Source: Candidatus Latescibacterota bacterium (GTDB taxonomy: Bacteria; Latescibacterota; UBA2968; UBA8231). Taken from it: DNA of 64,000 bases. The position numbers and the translations under genes are program-made. Where the stretch lies: contig CBDETK010000013.1 of the NCBI GenBank assembly GCA_965242865.1, positions 2,144,001-2,208,000 on the forward strand. The letters run 5' to 3'. This document shows, piece by piece, positions 39,522 through 50,169 of the stretch (positions within the stretch are counted from its first letter, which is position 1; each line of letters begins with the position of its first letter). A model generated the notes under the pieces. The model did no database searches. It was not told where the DNA came from and saw only the letters and a list, made by a program, of their open reading frames with translations.

Positions 39522-40411
39522 CTAAGGACGCCAAGTGCTGTCGCTGGTTGACGCTCGCCGAGGCCCTCAAAGGCTTCGCTAGGCCTAGCGGACGAACGCA
39601 AAGCCAAGCCCACATCAGGCCCCTCCACTGGTACGTGGCGTGCCGGTTGGTTCTCGAGGGTGGGTTCCTCCCCGAAGAAGTCACCCCACGCCCGCCATTT
39701 GAGGTTCGGAAGCGAAGTCACCGCGATGAAAGGCTCGTCCTTACACACAAACCGAACGCGGGTGGTGCCGGTGAGTTGACGATCCTCGGCGGACTAAAGA
39801 CCAAAGATGTGGACGTCGCCGTGACCAAACCACAGATTGGTCCGTGTATTGCCGTCTCGGTCAAGGGTACGCTCAATGCCTTTCGCAATTTGACCAATCG
39901 CATGGAAGAGGCCATCGGCGACTGCACGAACCTCCATATCTCGTATCCCAATCTCGTCTATGGTTTTTTACACGTGCTGCGAGCCAATCGGGAAGGCCCA
40001 CGGGCGGCCTCGGATGCAGCCTTTCTGCACGCGGATCGCGAGGGCAAGGTCGCTGCCAATGACATCTCCCTGCGCCCCGATGGGCGGCCAACAGACTCCA
40101 TCGTCCGCTACCACGATGTGCTTCTCGGCCTAGCCGGTCGCAACGGGATCCGCGCAGACATCACGTGTTATGAGTCGCTTGCGGTGGCACTAGTCAGCCC
40201 TGACGCACTTTCGATCTTGGACGCATGGCCAGCAGGCGACAGCCCGCTGCGAATCGAGAGGTTTTTCGAGCGGCTCTACCGCGAGTACGACCAGCGCTAT
40301 GTATTTGTCGCGCCCAAACTTGAACGACGGACCGCCCGTGCGGTCTGGCATCCCGACTCGCCCGCTTTAGCTGAGCCGCTTGCCCGGGAATTTACCGCAC
40401 GATCTGGCTAG
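39518..40411 (+). CDS. Putative type II restriction endonuclease (XhoI/PaeR7I-like)
   Basis: KDVDV..IAVSVK..NLTNRMEEAIGD; ATGA-coupled to the methylase. Confidence 0.65.
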   Translation: MTKDAKCCRWLTLAEALKGFARPSGRTQSQAHIRPLHWYVACRLVLEGGFLPEEVTPRPPFEVRKRSHRDERLVLTHKPNAGGAGELTILGGLKTKDVDVAVTKPQIGPCIAVSVKGTLNAFRNLTNRMEEAIGDCTNLHISYPNLVYGFLHVLRANREGPRAASDAAFLHADREGKVAANDISLRPDGRPTDSIVRYHDVLLGLAGRNGIRADITCYESLAVALVSPDALSILDAWPAGDSPLRIERFFERLYREYDQRYVFVAPKLERRTARAVWHPDSPALAEPLAREFTARSG

Positions 40412-40484
40412 GCGTCTTGATAAAATTTAAGGAGATAAGTATGCACTATGCTCGTAGCCTTGTGGCCTATTTGCGGAATGAGCC

Positions 40485-41072
40485 ATGGACAAGCGCTTAG
40501 CCCTCTGTCTTTTGCTCGCCCTGCCAGCGCGAGCCGTTGCCGACGTGGAAGGCATGGTGCGGATCGGCCCGGACTTCTACATCGACCAGTACGAGTACCC
40601 CAACCGGCGCGGCACCCTCCCCACCGTCGATGTCACTTGGGGCGAAGCGGAATCGCTCTGCGCGGCGCAGGGCAAGCGGCTGTGTACCGAACAGGAATGG
40701 CAAAAAGCCTGCACTGGGCCGCAGAACTTCGCGTACTCTTATGGCGCGGAATTCGAGCCGGGGCGCTGCAATACGCGCTTTGCCGTGGATGGGGTCTGGC
40801 AGCGCGGCCCGGGCCTCGCGCCCAGCGGCGCATTTACGCGCTGCGCCAACGACTACGGGGTCTATGACCTGATCGGCAACGCTTGGGAGTGGACCGCATC
40901 TTGGTATGCGCGCTCCAACCGCTGGCGGGTCGTGCGCGGCGGCTCCTTTTTCCACACCATCAATCTAGCCCGGGCCGACGCCCGCTACGGGCGGTTCCTC
41001 GGCCCGGATTACCACCTCGATTTAGTGGGCTTTCGTTGTTGCCGCTCGGCCGCGGCCCCCCAAGCACCATAA
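40485..41072 (+). CDS. SUMF1/FGE-sulfatase domain protein
   Basis: GKRLCTEQEWQKAC, YDLIGNAWEW, VVRGGS, GFRCC. Confidence 0.88.
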   Translation: MDKRLALCLLLALPARAVADVEGMVRIGPDFYIDQYEYPNRRGTLPTVDVTWGEAESLCAAQGKRLCTEQEWQKACTGPQNFAYSYGAEFEPGRCNTRFAVDGVWQRGPGLAPSGAFTRCANDYGVYDLIGNAWEWTASWYARSNRWRVVRGGSFFHTINLARADARYGRFLGPDYHLDLVGFRCCRSAAAPQAP

Positions 41073-41076
41073 CGCC

Positions 41077-41613
41077 ATGGCCATTCGCAAGGTGTCGCGG
41101 CTGGGGCATCCGGTGCTGCGCCAACGCGCCGCGGCCATTCCCCCTGCCCAGATGCAAAGCCCCCAGATGCAGGGCTTAATCGACGACATGATCGAGACCA
41201 TGATCGACTACGAGGGCATTGGCTTGGCCGCGCCGCAAGTCTTTGAACCCCTGCGGCTAATCGTCCTCGGCACGCCCCAAGCCGATCCCCAAGACGAGGC
41301 CGCCATCCCCCTGACCGTGCTCTTCAATCCGCAGTGTACCGCCCGGTCGCCAGAGTCCTTGGAGGGCTGGGAAGGCTGCTTGAGCATTCCCCAACTGCGC
41401 GGCGTCGTCCCGCGCGCCGCGGCCGTTGCGGTGCGGGGCTACGACCGCGAAGGCCGCGCGATCGCGCTCGAAGCAGAGGGGTTTTTCGCCCGGGTCCTCC
41501 AACACGAAATCGACCACCTCGACGGCGTGCTCTTCCCCGATCGCATGGCCGACCTACAGACCCTTACCTTCTTGGAGGAATACCAACGCTACTGGCTCGA
41601 CGCCCAAGCGTGA
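41077..41613 (+). CDS. def: Peptide deformylase
   Basis: GIGLAAPQV, EGCLSIP, QHEIDHLDG. Confidence 0.96.
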   Translation: MAIRKVSRLGHPVLRQRAAAIPPAQMQSPQMQGLIDDMIETMIDYEGIGLAAPQVFEPLRLIVLGTPQADPQDEAAIPLTVLFNPQCTARSPESLEGWEGCLSIPQLRGVVPRAAAVAVRGYDREGRAIALEAEGFFARVLQHEIDHLDGVLFPDRMADLQTLTFLEEYQRYWLDAQA

Positions 41614-41678
41614 ACTTGACAGCCGCCCCAGACCTCGTACTATGTTGCACGCATTCCCCAACCCGCTCAGATAGGTCC

Positions 41679-44600
41679 ATGGATCCCCGCTTCTCACTCG
41701 AACAAGGCACGGGCATTTACACCGGCAACGAACTGATCGTCAAGGGGGCCCTAGAAAGCCAAGTCGGCGTCATTACCGGATACCCCGGCTCGCCCTTGGC
41801 CGAGCTTTTCGAGACCGTCGAAAACAACAAGGCCCTCTTTAACGAGCACGGTATCGTCGCTCAGATCGCCAACAACGAAGCCCTCGCCGCGGCCCGCCTC
41901 AACGGCTCGCAGATGGAGGGGATTCGCGCCTTAGCCGTGATGAAGAGCGTCGGCCTGCACGTGGCGGCAGACGGGTTGGCCCTCGGCAACATGGTCGGAG
42001 CTTCGCCCAGCGGAGGCGCCTTGGTCGCCGTGGGCGACGACACTTGGTCCGAGGGGACCCAAGTGCCGGCCGACTCGCGCTTTCTGTCCCAGCATCTCTA
42101 CATGCCGGTCCTCGAACCCGCGACCTTTCAGGAGATCAAAGACTGGGTCGGGCAAGGCTTTGAGCTGTCGCGGCGGTCGCGCCTCTATCTGACCTATTTG
42201 GTCACCTCCAACCAAGCCGACGGCGGCGGCAGCGTCACCGTCTATCCCAATCGCTTTGCGTCCCTCAACCGCAAGCAGCGCACCGCGCTGGACACCAGTG
42301 CCATCTGCTCGGACGACCGCGTCATCATCCCGCCGGCCACGGCGCACAAAGAGCGCGAAGTCGTCCACCAGCGCTACCCCCACCTGTGGCAGCTCGCGCG
42401 GGAGGCAGGCATCAACCAAATCCTCTATCCGCCCAGCGCGACGACCGCGCCGCTGGGCTTTATCACCTCTGGTTTGGCTTATACCTATCTCGAACACGCC
42501 CTGCACCTCCTCGGGCTAAGCGGGCATTTCCCCATCCTCAAGCTGGGCCTTACTTATCCGGTCGATCCCCACGCGATCGCGCGCTTTGCCGATTGCGTGC
42601 AGACCTTCTGCGTGGTCGAGGAGAAGCGGCCCTTTATCGAGCCGCAGATCGCCGCCCAGCTAGCGCGGCAACCCGACCTCGGCCCCGCGCTGTGGGGCAA
42701 GCACTTTCCGGGCGAGGTCCCGGGTTTTCCCGATGTCCAAGGCCTGCACCCTTCGCTCATCGTCCAAACCCTATCCCGCCTCTTCGCGGCCCTCGACGCC
42801 GACCTGCCCGTCAGCCGCGAGCACCTACAGGCCGAGCTCAACGCCTTGACGGCCGGGGCGGCCACCCCGGCCGTTCCACCGCGAGCGCCCTCTTTTTGCC
42901 CGGGGTGCCCACACCGCGACTCAGCTAGCGTGCTCAAGAAAGTGGCGGCCGATCTAGCGGCCCCGGCTGAGGGCCAAGCTCCGGTCGACTTGGTCTTTCA
43001 CGGCGACATCGGCTGCTATTCCATGCTCAAGTACGCGCCGTTTTCCGAGCTGATGCACAATCTTTCCGGCATGGGCTTGGGCGGCGGCACGGGCGCGGGC
43101 ATCGACCCCTTTATCGACAACAAGCAGCTCGTCTTTATGGGGGATTCGACCTTTTTCCACACCGGCATGATCGCCATTTCCGACTCCATCAAAAACGGCC
43201 AAGACATCACGTACATCATCCTCGACAACAAGACCACGGCCATGACCGGGCATCAGCCTACCCCGGGCGTGGATGTCGATGTGTTGGGCCAACCGACCTT
43301 TGCCCAAGACATTGAAAAGACCGTCGTCGGCCTAGCCGGCGATTCCTCGACCTTTATCGCCCGCATGGACCCCTCCCAACGCCAAAATTACGACGCCCTC
43401 GTGCGCGAAACCTTGCTCCGCGACGGGGTCAAAATCATCATCGCCGACAAGGAGTGCGGCATCACCTATCACCGCCGCGAGCGGGCGCACCAGAGCGCGA
43501 TCGCACGCGAGCGGGGCTTTCTGCCGGTCGAAAAGCACATCAACATCAGCGAAGACGTCTGCGAGTACTGCCTCGAATGCACTCGGGCCACCGGGTGCAG
43601 CGGCCTGACGGTCGCGCCCGCCACCGACTACGGCCCCAAGATCGCGATCGACCCTTCGGCCTGCGTTGCCGACGGCGCCTGCACCCGAGTCGAAGTGGGC
43701 GATCGCGACAAAACCTGTCCCTCCTTTGAGGAGATCACCATCCACCGCCAAGCCCCTCCCACCGTCTCGACCCCGCCCATTGACGTCGGCCAGTTGCCCG
43801 CGCCCCCCCACCGCGCCCTCGCCGACCTCTGGTACACTTACATCGCCGGCGTCGGCGGCATGGGCGTCAACGTGGTGGCCTCGGTGCTGGCCCAAGCCGG
43901 CGTACGGCAGGGGTACGAGGTGCGGCTGACCAACAAAAAGGGGCTGGCCATCCGCAACGGCTCGGTGTATTCGCACTTGAGCTACGCGCCCAAGGGCACC
44001 CCGGTGTCTCCCCTGATTCCCTGTGGCAAGGCCGACTTGCTGCTCGGGCTCGACGTCCTCGAAGCGGCGCGGGGGCTCGACCCCCAAGGCCGCTACCGCA
44101 TCGCCCACCCGCAGCGCACCGCCGCCGTCGTCAACACGGCCAAGACCCCCACGATCGACACCCTCATCGGCCAAGAGGACTTTTCGGCCGCAGCCCAAGC
44201 CGACCTAATCCGCCAGCACACCCGCTCAGACGCGTACTTCGGCGCGGATCTCTTCCGCATCTGCGAGCACTACTTGGGCAACAAGCTCTACGCCAACATC
44301 ATGATGCTCGGGGTAGCCTTCCAGCGCGGGTTGCTCGCCCTAGAGCTCGACACCTTGCTCTGGGCCATTGAGCAGGCCGTGCGCCGCGATCTAGACACCA
44401 ACCTAAAAGCCTTTAACATGGGGCGCTGCCTCGCGCTCGACCCGAACCATTTTCCGGTTGCAGAAAAGCCCCTGAGCTACGCCGAGCTCGTGGCGGACAA
44501 GGCCGCCCTGCTGGCCCAGACCCGGGGTAAGCGCGTGGCCGAGGCTTACCGCCAGCGCATCCGCGAGACGCCCATTGCCACGGCGCGTCGGCACTTCGCG

Positions 44601-45233
44601 CTGCGGGTGTACGACCTGATCCAATACGAAGACCTCGCGTACGCCGACCGCTATATCCGCCAAGTGCTGGCCGTGCAGGCCAAAGACGGCCCCGAGCGCG
44701 ATTTTGCGGCCACTCGCGCGGTGATCTACCAACTCGCCAAAGTGCTCGCCATCAAGGACGAAATCTACGTGGCTTACCTGCTCACCTGCGAAGAGAAGTA
44801 CCGCCGCGACCGCCGCCGCTACAACATCGATCCGAGCCGCGGCGACCGCATCCGCTACCGCCACCTAAACCGGCCGCATCTGCGCCTGTTTGGCCGCGAC
44901 TTCCGCCCGGATCTAACGCTGGGCGACCGGCCCCTCAAGCTGATGGCCCGCATGCGCTTCCTCCGCCGGCTCTGCGCTTCGTGGTGGCACCGCGAAGAGC
45001 GCGACTTTGCCGCTTGGTACGAAAGCCTGATCGCCGATTTTTCTCCGCGCTCCTCAGCCGAGTACCACACCTGGGTACAAGTCCTGTCCCTGCCCGAGGA
45101 GGTGCGCGGCTACCGCGGCGTCCGCCAGCCCAAAATGGAGGCGGCCCAGCAGCGAGCCGCCGAGCTGCTCGCCGGGCGCGAGACCGCCCCGGACCCAGCG
45201 TTGTTGCAGGTCTCCGCATCCACCGGAAGCTAA
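41679..45233 (+). CDS. Indolepyruvate ferredoxin oxidoreductase family (fused subunits)
   Basis: GYPGSP, FCPGCPH, GDIGC, GDSTFFH, DNKTTAMTGHQP, ferredoxin Cys cluster, GVGGMGV, IKDEI.VA. Confidence 0.9.
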   Translation: MDPRFSLEQGTGIYTGNELIVKGALESQVGVITGYPGSPLAELFETVENNKALFNEHGIVAQIANNEALAAARLNGSQMEGIRALAVMKSVGLHVAADGLALGNMVGASPSGGALVAVGDDTWSEGTQVPADSRFLSQHLYMPVLEPATFQEIKDWVGQGFELSRRSRLYLTYLVTSNQADGGGSVTVYPNRFASLNRKQRTALDTSAICSDDRVIIPPATAHKEREVVHQRYPHLWQLAREAGINQILYPPSATTAPLGFITSGLAYTYLEHALHLLGLSGHFPILKLGLTYPVDPHAIARFADCVQTFCVVEEKRPFIEPQIAAQLARQPDLGPALWGKHFPGEVPGFPDVQGLHPSLIVQTLSRLFAALDADLPVSREHLQAELNALTAGAATPAVPPRAPSFCPGCPHRDSASVLKKVAADLAAPAEGQAPVDLVFHGDIGCYSMLKYAPFSELMHNLSGMGLGGGTGAGIDPFIDNKQLVFMGDSTFFHTGMIAISDSIKNGQDITYIILDNKTTAMTGHQPTPGVDVDVLGQPTFAQDIEKTVVGLAGDSSTFIARMDPSQRQNYDALVRETLLRDGVKIIIADKECGITYHRRERAHQSAIARERGFLPVEKHINISEDVCEYCLECTRATGCSGLTVAPATDYGPKIAIDPSACVADGACTRVEVGDRDKTCPSFEEITIHRQAPPTVSTPPIDVGQLPAPPHRALADLWYTYIAGVGGMGVNVVASVLAQAGVRQGYEVRLTNKKGLAIRNGSVYSHLSYAPKGTPVSPLIPCGKADLLLGLDVLEAARGLDPQGRYRIAHPQRTAAVVNTAKTPTIDTLIGQEDFSAAAQADLIRQHTRSDAYFGADLFRICEHYLGNKLYANIMMLGVAFQRGLLALELDTLLWAIEQAVRRDLDTNLKAFNMGRCLALDPNHFPVAEKPLSYAELVADKAALLAQTRGKRVAEAYRQRIRETPIATARRHFALRVYDLIQYEDLAYADRYIRQVLAVQAKDGPERDFAATRAVIYQLAKVLAIKDEIYVAYLLTCEEKYRRDRRRYNIDPSRGDRIRYRHLNRPHLRLFGRDFRPDLTLGDRPLKLMARMRFLRRLCASWWHREERDFAAWYESLIADFSPRSSAEYHTWVQVLSLPEEVRGYRGVRQPKMEAAQQRAAELLAGRETAPDPALLQVSASTGS

Positions 45234-45238
45234 TCCCC

Positions 45239-45706
45239 GTGATTCGCCCCTATCGCCCAGCGGACTTGCCCGCCCTCAAGCACATTACGGCTGTTTGCTT
45301 CGCCGGGGTAGCCATCGACCAAAACATCGAGCAGTGCTTTGGCCTCATTGGCGGCCGCGACTGGCAATTTCGCAAGCTGCGCCACATCGACGACGACGTA
45401 GCCGGCGAGCGGGCCAGCGGGGTCTTTGTGTGGGAGGAAGACGGCGAAGTAGTCGGCTACATTACCACGCGCATCGACCGCGAGAGCAAAATCGGCGGGA
45501 TTCCCAACATCTCCATCCTGCCGCAGCACCAAGGCAAGGGTATGGGCCGCCAACTTATAGAACACGCCTTGGCGCACCTGCGCGCCGCGGGCATGGAGTG
45601 TGCCCGAATCGAGACGCTGGAGCAAAACCCCATTGGCTCGCACTTGTATCCCAGCCTCGGCTTTGAGGAAGTCGCCCGCCAGATCCACTATTGTACGCGC
45701 CTGTGA
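45239..45706 (+). CDS. GNAT-family acetyltransferase
   Basis: HQGKGMGRQL, LYPSLGF. Confidence 0.85.
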   Translation: MIRPYRPADLPALKHITAVCFAGVAIDQNIEQCFGLIGGRDWQFRKLRHIDDDVAGERASGVFVWEEDGEVVGYITTRIDRESKIGGIPNISILPQHQGKGMGRQLIEHALAHLRAAGMECARIETLEQNPIGSHLYPSLGFEEVARQIHYCTRL

Positions 45707-45717
45707 ATGGATCGCCG

Positions 45718-46407
45718 ATGACGCCAAAAGAAGCGGCCGGCCGCCGCGCCGCCGAGTACATTGAACCCGGGATGATCGTGGGCTTGGGCACGGGCTCGAC
45801 CGCCGAATGGGCCGTGCGCGCCCTCGGGGAGCGCGTCGCCACCGGGCTGGCGGTGAAGGCCATTCCCACCTCAGCCGCCACGGCCGCCTTGGCCCGCTCC
45901 CTCGGCATTGAGCTGACGACGCTCGCCGAGGTGACCCGCGTCGATTTGACCATTGACGGGGCCGACGAAGTCGATCCCAGCCTCAACTTAATCAAGGGCC
46001 TAGGCGGTGCGCTCCTGCGCGAGAAAATCGTCGCCTCCATCACCGGGCGGCAAATCATCGTCGCCGACCCATCCAAGCTCGTCGATCGGCTCGGCACCAA
46101 AGCTCCGCTGCCGGTTGAAGTGGTCCCTTGGTCCCAGCCCCTCATCGCCCGGAACCTCAAAGAGCGGGGCCTCACCCCGGCCTTGCGCTGGCACGCCCCG
46201 CACACCCCTTACGTCACCGACAACGGCAACTACGTCATCGACGCGCGCTTTCCGGCTGGCATCGACGACGCCCGCGCTACCGAGCGCTGGCTCAACGCCT
46301 TGCCCGGGGTCGTAGAAAACGGGCTTTTTGTCGGCCTGACCCAGCTCGTGATCGTCGGCCAAGACGACGGCTCCTGCCACCTGCTCAACAAAAGCGAAAA
46401 AAGCTGA
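45718..46407 (+). CDS. rpiA: Ribose-5-phosphate isomerase A
   Basis: GLGTGST, DGADEVD, IKGLGGALLREK, TDNGN, GVVENGLF. Confidence 0.96.
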   Translation: MTPKEAAGRRAAEYIEPGMIVGLGTGSTAEWAVRALGERVATGLAVKAIPTSAATAALARSLGIELTTLAEVTRVDLTIDGADEVDPSLNLIKGLGGALLREKIVASITGRQIIVADPSKLVDRLGTKAPLPVEVVPWSQPLIARNLKERGLTPALRWHAPHTPYVTDNGNYVIDARFPAGIDDARATERWLNALPGVVENGLFVGLTQLVIVGQDDGSCHLLNKSEKS

Positions 46408-46415
46408 GACTTATT

Positions 46416-47543
46416 ATGGACGATTCTGCACCCCGCTCGCGCCGCTCCTTTTTGCACCGCGCCCCGCTGCTGGCGGCCGGCGGCTTGGCCGCCTGTGCCC
46501 AGAGCTCCCAACAGCCAGCGGCCCCGGCTGTCCAATCCCAACGGCATTTCAAGTGGAAGATGGTCACCACGTGGCCCAAGGACTTTCCGGCCTTGGGCAC
46601 TGGGGCCAACCGGCTCGCCCACAGCCTAGCGGCCCTGTCTGGGGGCCGCCTGCAAGTCAAGGTGTACGGCGCCGGCGAGCTGGTGCCGGCCTCGGGCGTC
46701 TTCGACGCGGTTTCCGGCGGCACCGCCGAGCTGGGCCATGCAGCCGCTTACTACTGGAAGGGCAAGCACGAGGCGACCCAGTTTTTCTCGGCCGTCCCCT
46801 TTGGGCTAAACGCGGCCGAGATCAACGGCTGGCTGCGCTACGGCGGCGGCCAGAGCCTGTGGGACGAGCTCTACGCGCCCTTCAACCTGCGGGCCTTTCC
46901 CATCGGCAACACCGGCGTGCAGATGGGCGGTTGGTTCAACCGGGAAATCAACACCTTGACCGACTTTTCCGGCTTGGTCATGCGGATGCCGGGTTTGGGC
47001 GGCGAGGTCCTGCGCCGCCTCGCAGTCACGGTCAAAGCGCTGCCCGGCGGCGAGATCTTCCAAGCCCTCAAGACCGGGGCCATCGACGCCACCGAATGGG
47101 TCGGCCCGTACAACGATCTGGCCTTTGGGCTGCACCAAGCCGCCCAATACTACTACTGGCCGGGCTGGCACGAGCCGGGGACGGTGCTGGAGTGCATGGT
47201 CAACCAAAAAGCCTTGGCCGCCCTTCCCGCCGAGCTGCAAGACGTCGTCGCCTACGCCTGCCAAGCGGCCAACGACGACATGCTCAGCGAGTTCACCGCC
47301 CGCAACAGCCACGCCCTCAAGACCTTGGTGGACGACCACGGCGTTCAGCTCCGGCGCTTTCCCGACGCGCTCTTGGCGCAAATCGGCCAGGTGTCGGCCG
47401 AAGTCGTCGCCGAGATCGCCGGCCAAGACCCCTTTTCCAGCCGGGTCTATCGCTCGTTTGACGCCTTCCGCAAAAACTCCATCGCGTACACGCGCATCTC
47501 CGAGCAAGCCTATACCCAAGCGCGCGCCCTGACCTTTGGCTAA
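46416..47543 (+). CDS. TRAP transporter substrate-binding protein (TakP-like, Tat signal)
   Basis: SRRSFL, WKMVTTWP, GNTGVQMGGWF, EWVGPYND, PGWHEPG. Confidence 0.92.
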   Translation: MDDSAPRSRRSFLHRAPLLAAGGLAACAQSSQQPAAPAVQSQRHFKWKMVTTWPKDFPALGTGANRLAHSLAALSGGRLQVKVYGAGELVPASGVFDAVSGGTAELGHAAAYYWKGKHEATQFFSAVPFGLNAAEINGWLRYGGGQSLWDELYAPFNLRAFPIGNTGVQMGGWFNREINTLTDFSGLVMRMPGLGGEVLRRLAVTVKALPGGEIFQALKTGAIDATEWVGPYNDLAFGLHQAAQYYYWPGWHEPGTVLECMVNQKALAALPAELQDVVAYACQAANDDMLSEFTARNSHALKTLVDDHGVQLRRFPDALLAQIGQVSAEVVAEIAGQDPFSSRVYRSFDAFRKNSIAYTRISEQAYTQARALTFG

Positions 47544-47556
47544 CGCCCACCCCTGC

Positions 47557-48033
47557 ATGGAACGCCTCAACCGCTTCATCGCCCACACCGTGCCTTGGCT
47601 GACGCTGGGCATGGTCTTGGTGACGTTTGTCATCGTGGTCTTGCGCTACCTCTTTGGCCGCGGCTGGGTCTGGATGCAGGAAATCGCCCTGTACATGCAC
47701 GCCTTTACCTTCCTCCTCGCGGCCGGGTACACCCTCGCCCGCGACGAGCACGTTCGCGTCGATATCCTCTACCGGCCCTTGGGCGTCCGGCGCAAAGCCC
47801 TAGTCAATCTCCTCGGCAGCGTGCTGCTGCTGATTCCCTGCTGCTCGGTGCTGTTCTACCAGTCGCTGCCCTTTGTCGCGGACTCGTGGGCCGTGCTCGA
47901 AGGCTCCCAAGACGGCGGCGGCTTGGAGGCGGTCTATCTGCTCAAAACCGCCATTCCCCTGTGCTTCTTGCTGCTGTTTTTGCAAGCCCTATCCATTGCG
48001 TACCGCAGCGTGCGAACCCTCCGCGCCCCATGA
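47557..48033 (+). CDS. TRAP transporter small permease (DctQ)
   Basis: VVLRY, EHVRVDILY, 4 TM segments. Confidence 0.9.
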   Translation: MERLNRFIAHTVPWLTLGMVLVTFVIVVLRYLFGRGWVWMQEIALYMHAFTFLLAAGYTLARDEHVRVDILYRPLGVRRKALVNLLGSVLLLIPCCSVLFYQSLPFVADSWAVLEGSQDGGGLEAVYLLKTAIPLCFLLLFLQALSIAYRSVRTLRAP

Positions 48034-49412
48034 GCGAGCTCGCGCCGCTGGTCATGGTTCTCTGCACCTTCGCGGTGCTGCTATCGGGCTTCCCGGTGGC
48101 CTTTTGCCTCGCGGGGACGGCCCTCGGCTTTGCCGGTCTCGGCGTCTTCACCGGCCACTTTGACGCGGCCTTTCTCTCGGCGTTGCCGGCCCGCATCTAC
48201 GGCATCATGGCCAACGAGACCCTGATGGCCGTGCCGCTCTTCGTCTTTATGGGGGTCGTGCTGGAACGCTCGAAAATCGCCGAGAACTTGCTCGAAACCA
48301 TGGCCCAACTCTGCGGCCGCTTGTGCGGGGGGCTGGGGATTTCGGTCTGCCTCGTCGGGGGGTTGTTGGCAGCCTCCACCGGCATCGTCGGCGCGACCGT
48401 GGTCACCATGGGCCTCATTTCGCTGCCGGCCATGCTCAAGCGCGCGTACTCGCCAGCGGTTGCCACCGGCATCATCTGCGCCTCGGGGACGCTCGGCCAG
48501 ATCATCCCGCCCAGCATTGTGCTCGTCATCCTCGGCGATGTCGTCTCCTCCGCTCACCAGCAGGCCCAGATCAAAATGGGCAATTTCGCTCCGGTGTCGG
48601 TGTCGGTCGGCGACCTCTTTATGGGCGCGCTCTTGCCCGGTCTCGTGCTAATGAGTCTCTATATCCTCTACATAATCGGCCTCGGCCTCCTCAAGCCATC
48701 CGCCGTGCCAGCCGAGGAGCGCATGCCTCTCAGCGCGGCCTTTCTCCGACACCTCGGCGCGGCCCTCGTGCCGCCCTTAGTCCTCATCGGCGGGGTGCTC
48801 GGCTCCATCCTCTTCGGGGTGGCCACGCCGACCGAGGCCGCTTCGGTCGGCGCGGTGGGGGCCATGGTCTTGGCCATGGCCAAGGGGCACTTCAACCGCA
48901 CCGCCCTCAAAGAAGCCATGCGCACCACCACCGAGATCAACGCCATGGTCTTTATCATCCTCATCGGCGCGAGCGTGTTTTCTTTAGTCTTTCGCGGCTA
49001 CGGGGGCGACGAAGCTGTCGAGCGCTTTCTGACCCATGAGGCCACCGGCGGCGTCCTCGGTTCTTTCGCGCTGGTGATGGCCGTGATGTTTTTGCTCGGC
49101 TTTTTTCTCGACTTCTTTGAAATAATTTTCGTCGTCGTCCCCATCGTCGGCCCGATCCTCTTGGCGATGGGCTTGGATCCCGTGTGGTTGGGCGTGATGA
49201 TCGCCCTAAATTTGCAGACCTCTTTTCTCACGCCTCCATTTGGCTTCTCGCTCTTTTACTTGCGAGGCGTCGCCCCCCCGGAGATCAGTACGCCGCAGAT
49301 CTACCGGGGGGTCGTGCCCTTTATCGCGCTTCAGGTGCTGCTGTTGGTGGGGCTGTGGTTCGTGCCGGAGCTGGCTACGTATCTGCCGGCGAAGGTGTTT
49401 GGGCGGGGGTAG
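48030..49412 (+). CDS. TRAP transporter large permease (DctM)
   Basis: AVPLFVFMG, GTLGQIIPPS, TPTEAA, LTPPFG. Confidence 0.93.
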   Translation: MSELAPLVMVLCTFAVLLSGFPVAFCLAGTALGFAGLGVFTGHFDAAFLSALPARIYGIMANETLMAVPLFVFMGVVLERSKIAENLLETMAQLCGRLCGGLGISVCLVGGLLAASTGIVGATVVTMGLISLPAMLKRAYSPAVATGIICASGTLGQIIPPSIVLVILGDVVSSAHQQAQIKMGNFAPVSVSVGDLFMGALLPGLVLMSLYILYIIGLGLLKPSAVPAEERMPLSAAFLRHLGAALVPPLVLIGGVLGSILFGVATPTEAASVGAVGAMVLAMAKGHFNRTALKEAMRTTTEINAMVFIILIGASVFSLVFRGYGGDEAVERFLTHEATGGVLGSFALVMAVMFLLGFFLDFFEIIFVVVPIVGPILLAMGLDPVWLGVMIALNLQTSFLTPPFGFSLFYLRGVAPPEISTPQIYRGVVPFIALQVLLLVGLWFVPELATYLPAKVFGRG

Positions 49413-49425
49413 GGCCGGGGAGAAA

Positions 49426-49815
49426 TTACTTGGGGACGATGGTAATGTCGTAGGAGCGAATGAGGTATCCGAGAATTAGCAAGACGCCCAAGGCAATCCA
49501 AACGATGCGTTGAAGGGTCTGCACCCTCTTATCTATTTTGGGGATTGAGGCAATTTTTTCTTCGACTCGGGCACCCTGTGCCTTCAAATCGCTGATGTCC
49601 TTTGCAAGGTCGTCCATTTTGTTGAGGATTTGCGGAATTAGGGCTACTCTTTCTTCAATACGCGCGACCTGCACCTTCAACTCGACGACATCTTTCGCCA
49701 AGTCGTTTGCATCCAAAGCCGTTTGCTCCGACGACGAGCCTGGCACTTTCTCAGGCGGCTGGGAGGCGTTTTCTTCGCGTCTCGGGCCTTTTTTACTATC
49801 GTTCTGATCAGCCAT
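49426..49815 (-). CDS. Hypothetical coiled-coil protein with C-terminal TM helix
   Basis: Two DLAKD..LK.Q.AR.EE....IP repeats, then IVWIALGVLLILGYLI. Confidence 0.65.
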   Translation of the reverse strand: MADQNDSKKGPRREENASQPPEKVPGSSSEQTALDANDLAKDVVELKVQVARIEERVALIPQILNKMDDLAKDISDLKAQGARVEEKIASIPKIDKRVQTLQRIVWIALGVLLILGYLIRSYDITIVPK

Positions 49816-50071
49816 CTTTTTCGTAGATTCTCAGCCACTCCCAAAGATGTTTGGAAGCGTAGCCAAAGTAGTTGGGGACGGGTATGACGATTCCGGTGCC
49901 TACGCTGCTAGGCTCGTTGTACCCGATGGCTTCGGCTAGTTCGCGCGTCGTCCCCCTATAAGACACGAAGTACGCTTTAGGTGCTTCGTCGTCATAGACG
50001 GAAGTGCCGAGCTCCTCAATTTTGCGACGCAATTCTTCTTCTTCCTCAAAAGGAATGATTGCGTAGATCAT
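49808..50071 (-). CDS. Small hypothetical protein
   Basis: MIYAIIPF...NYFGYASKHLWEWL; overlaps the next gene by 8 bp. Confidence 0.6.
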   Translation of the reverse strand: MIYAIIPFEEEEELRRKIEELGTSVYDDEAPKAYFVSYRGTTRELAEAIGYNEPSSVGTGIVIPVPNYFGYASKHLWEWLRIYEKDG

Positions 50072-50169
50072 CGCGGCGGTTCTTCCATGGGCATTGGGAG
50101 TTGAATAAATGCCTTTTGTCAATAGATAAATGGGTATTGACGACAATGTCAAGGCATTGGTGGAGCTTC

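Noticed and set aside
41334-41678. N-terminal extension of the 1299-aa ORF
   Set aside because: It overlaps def in another frame; ATG 41679 follows a plausible promoter (TTGACA-16-TACTAT)
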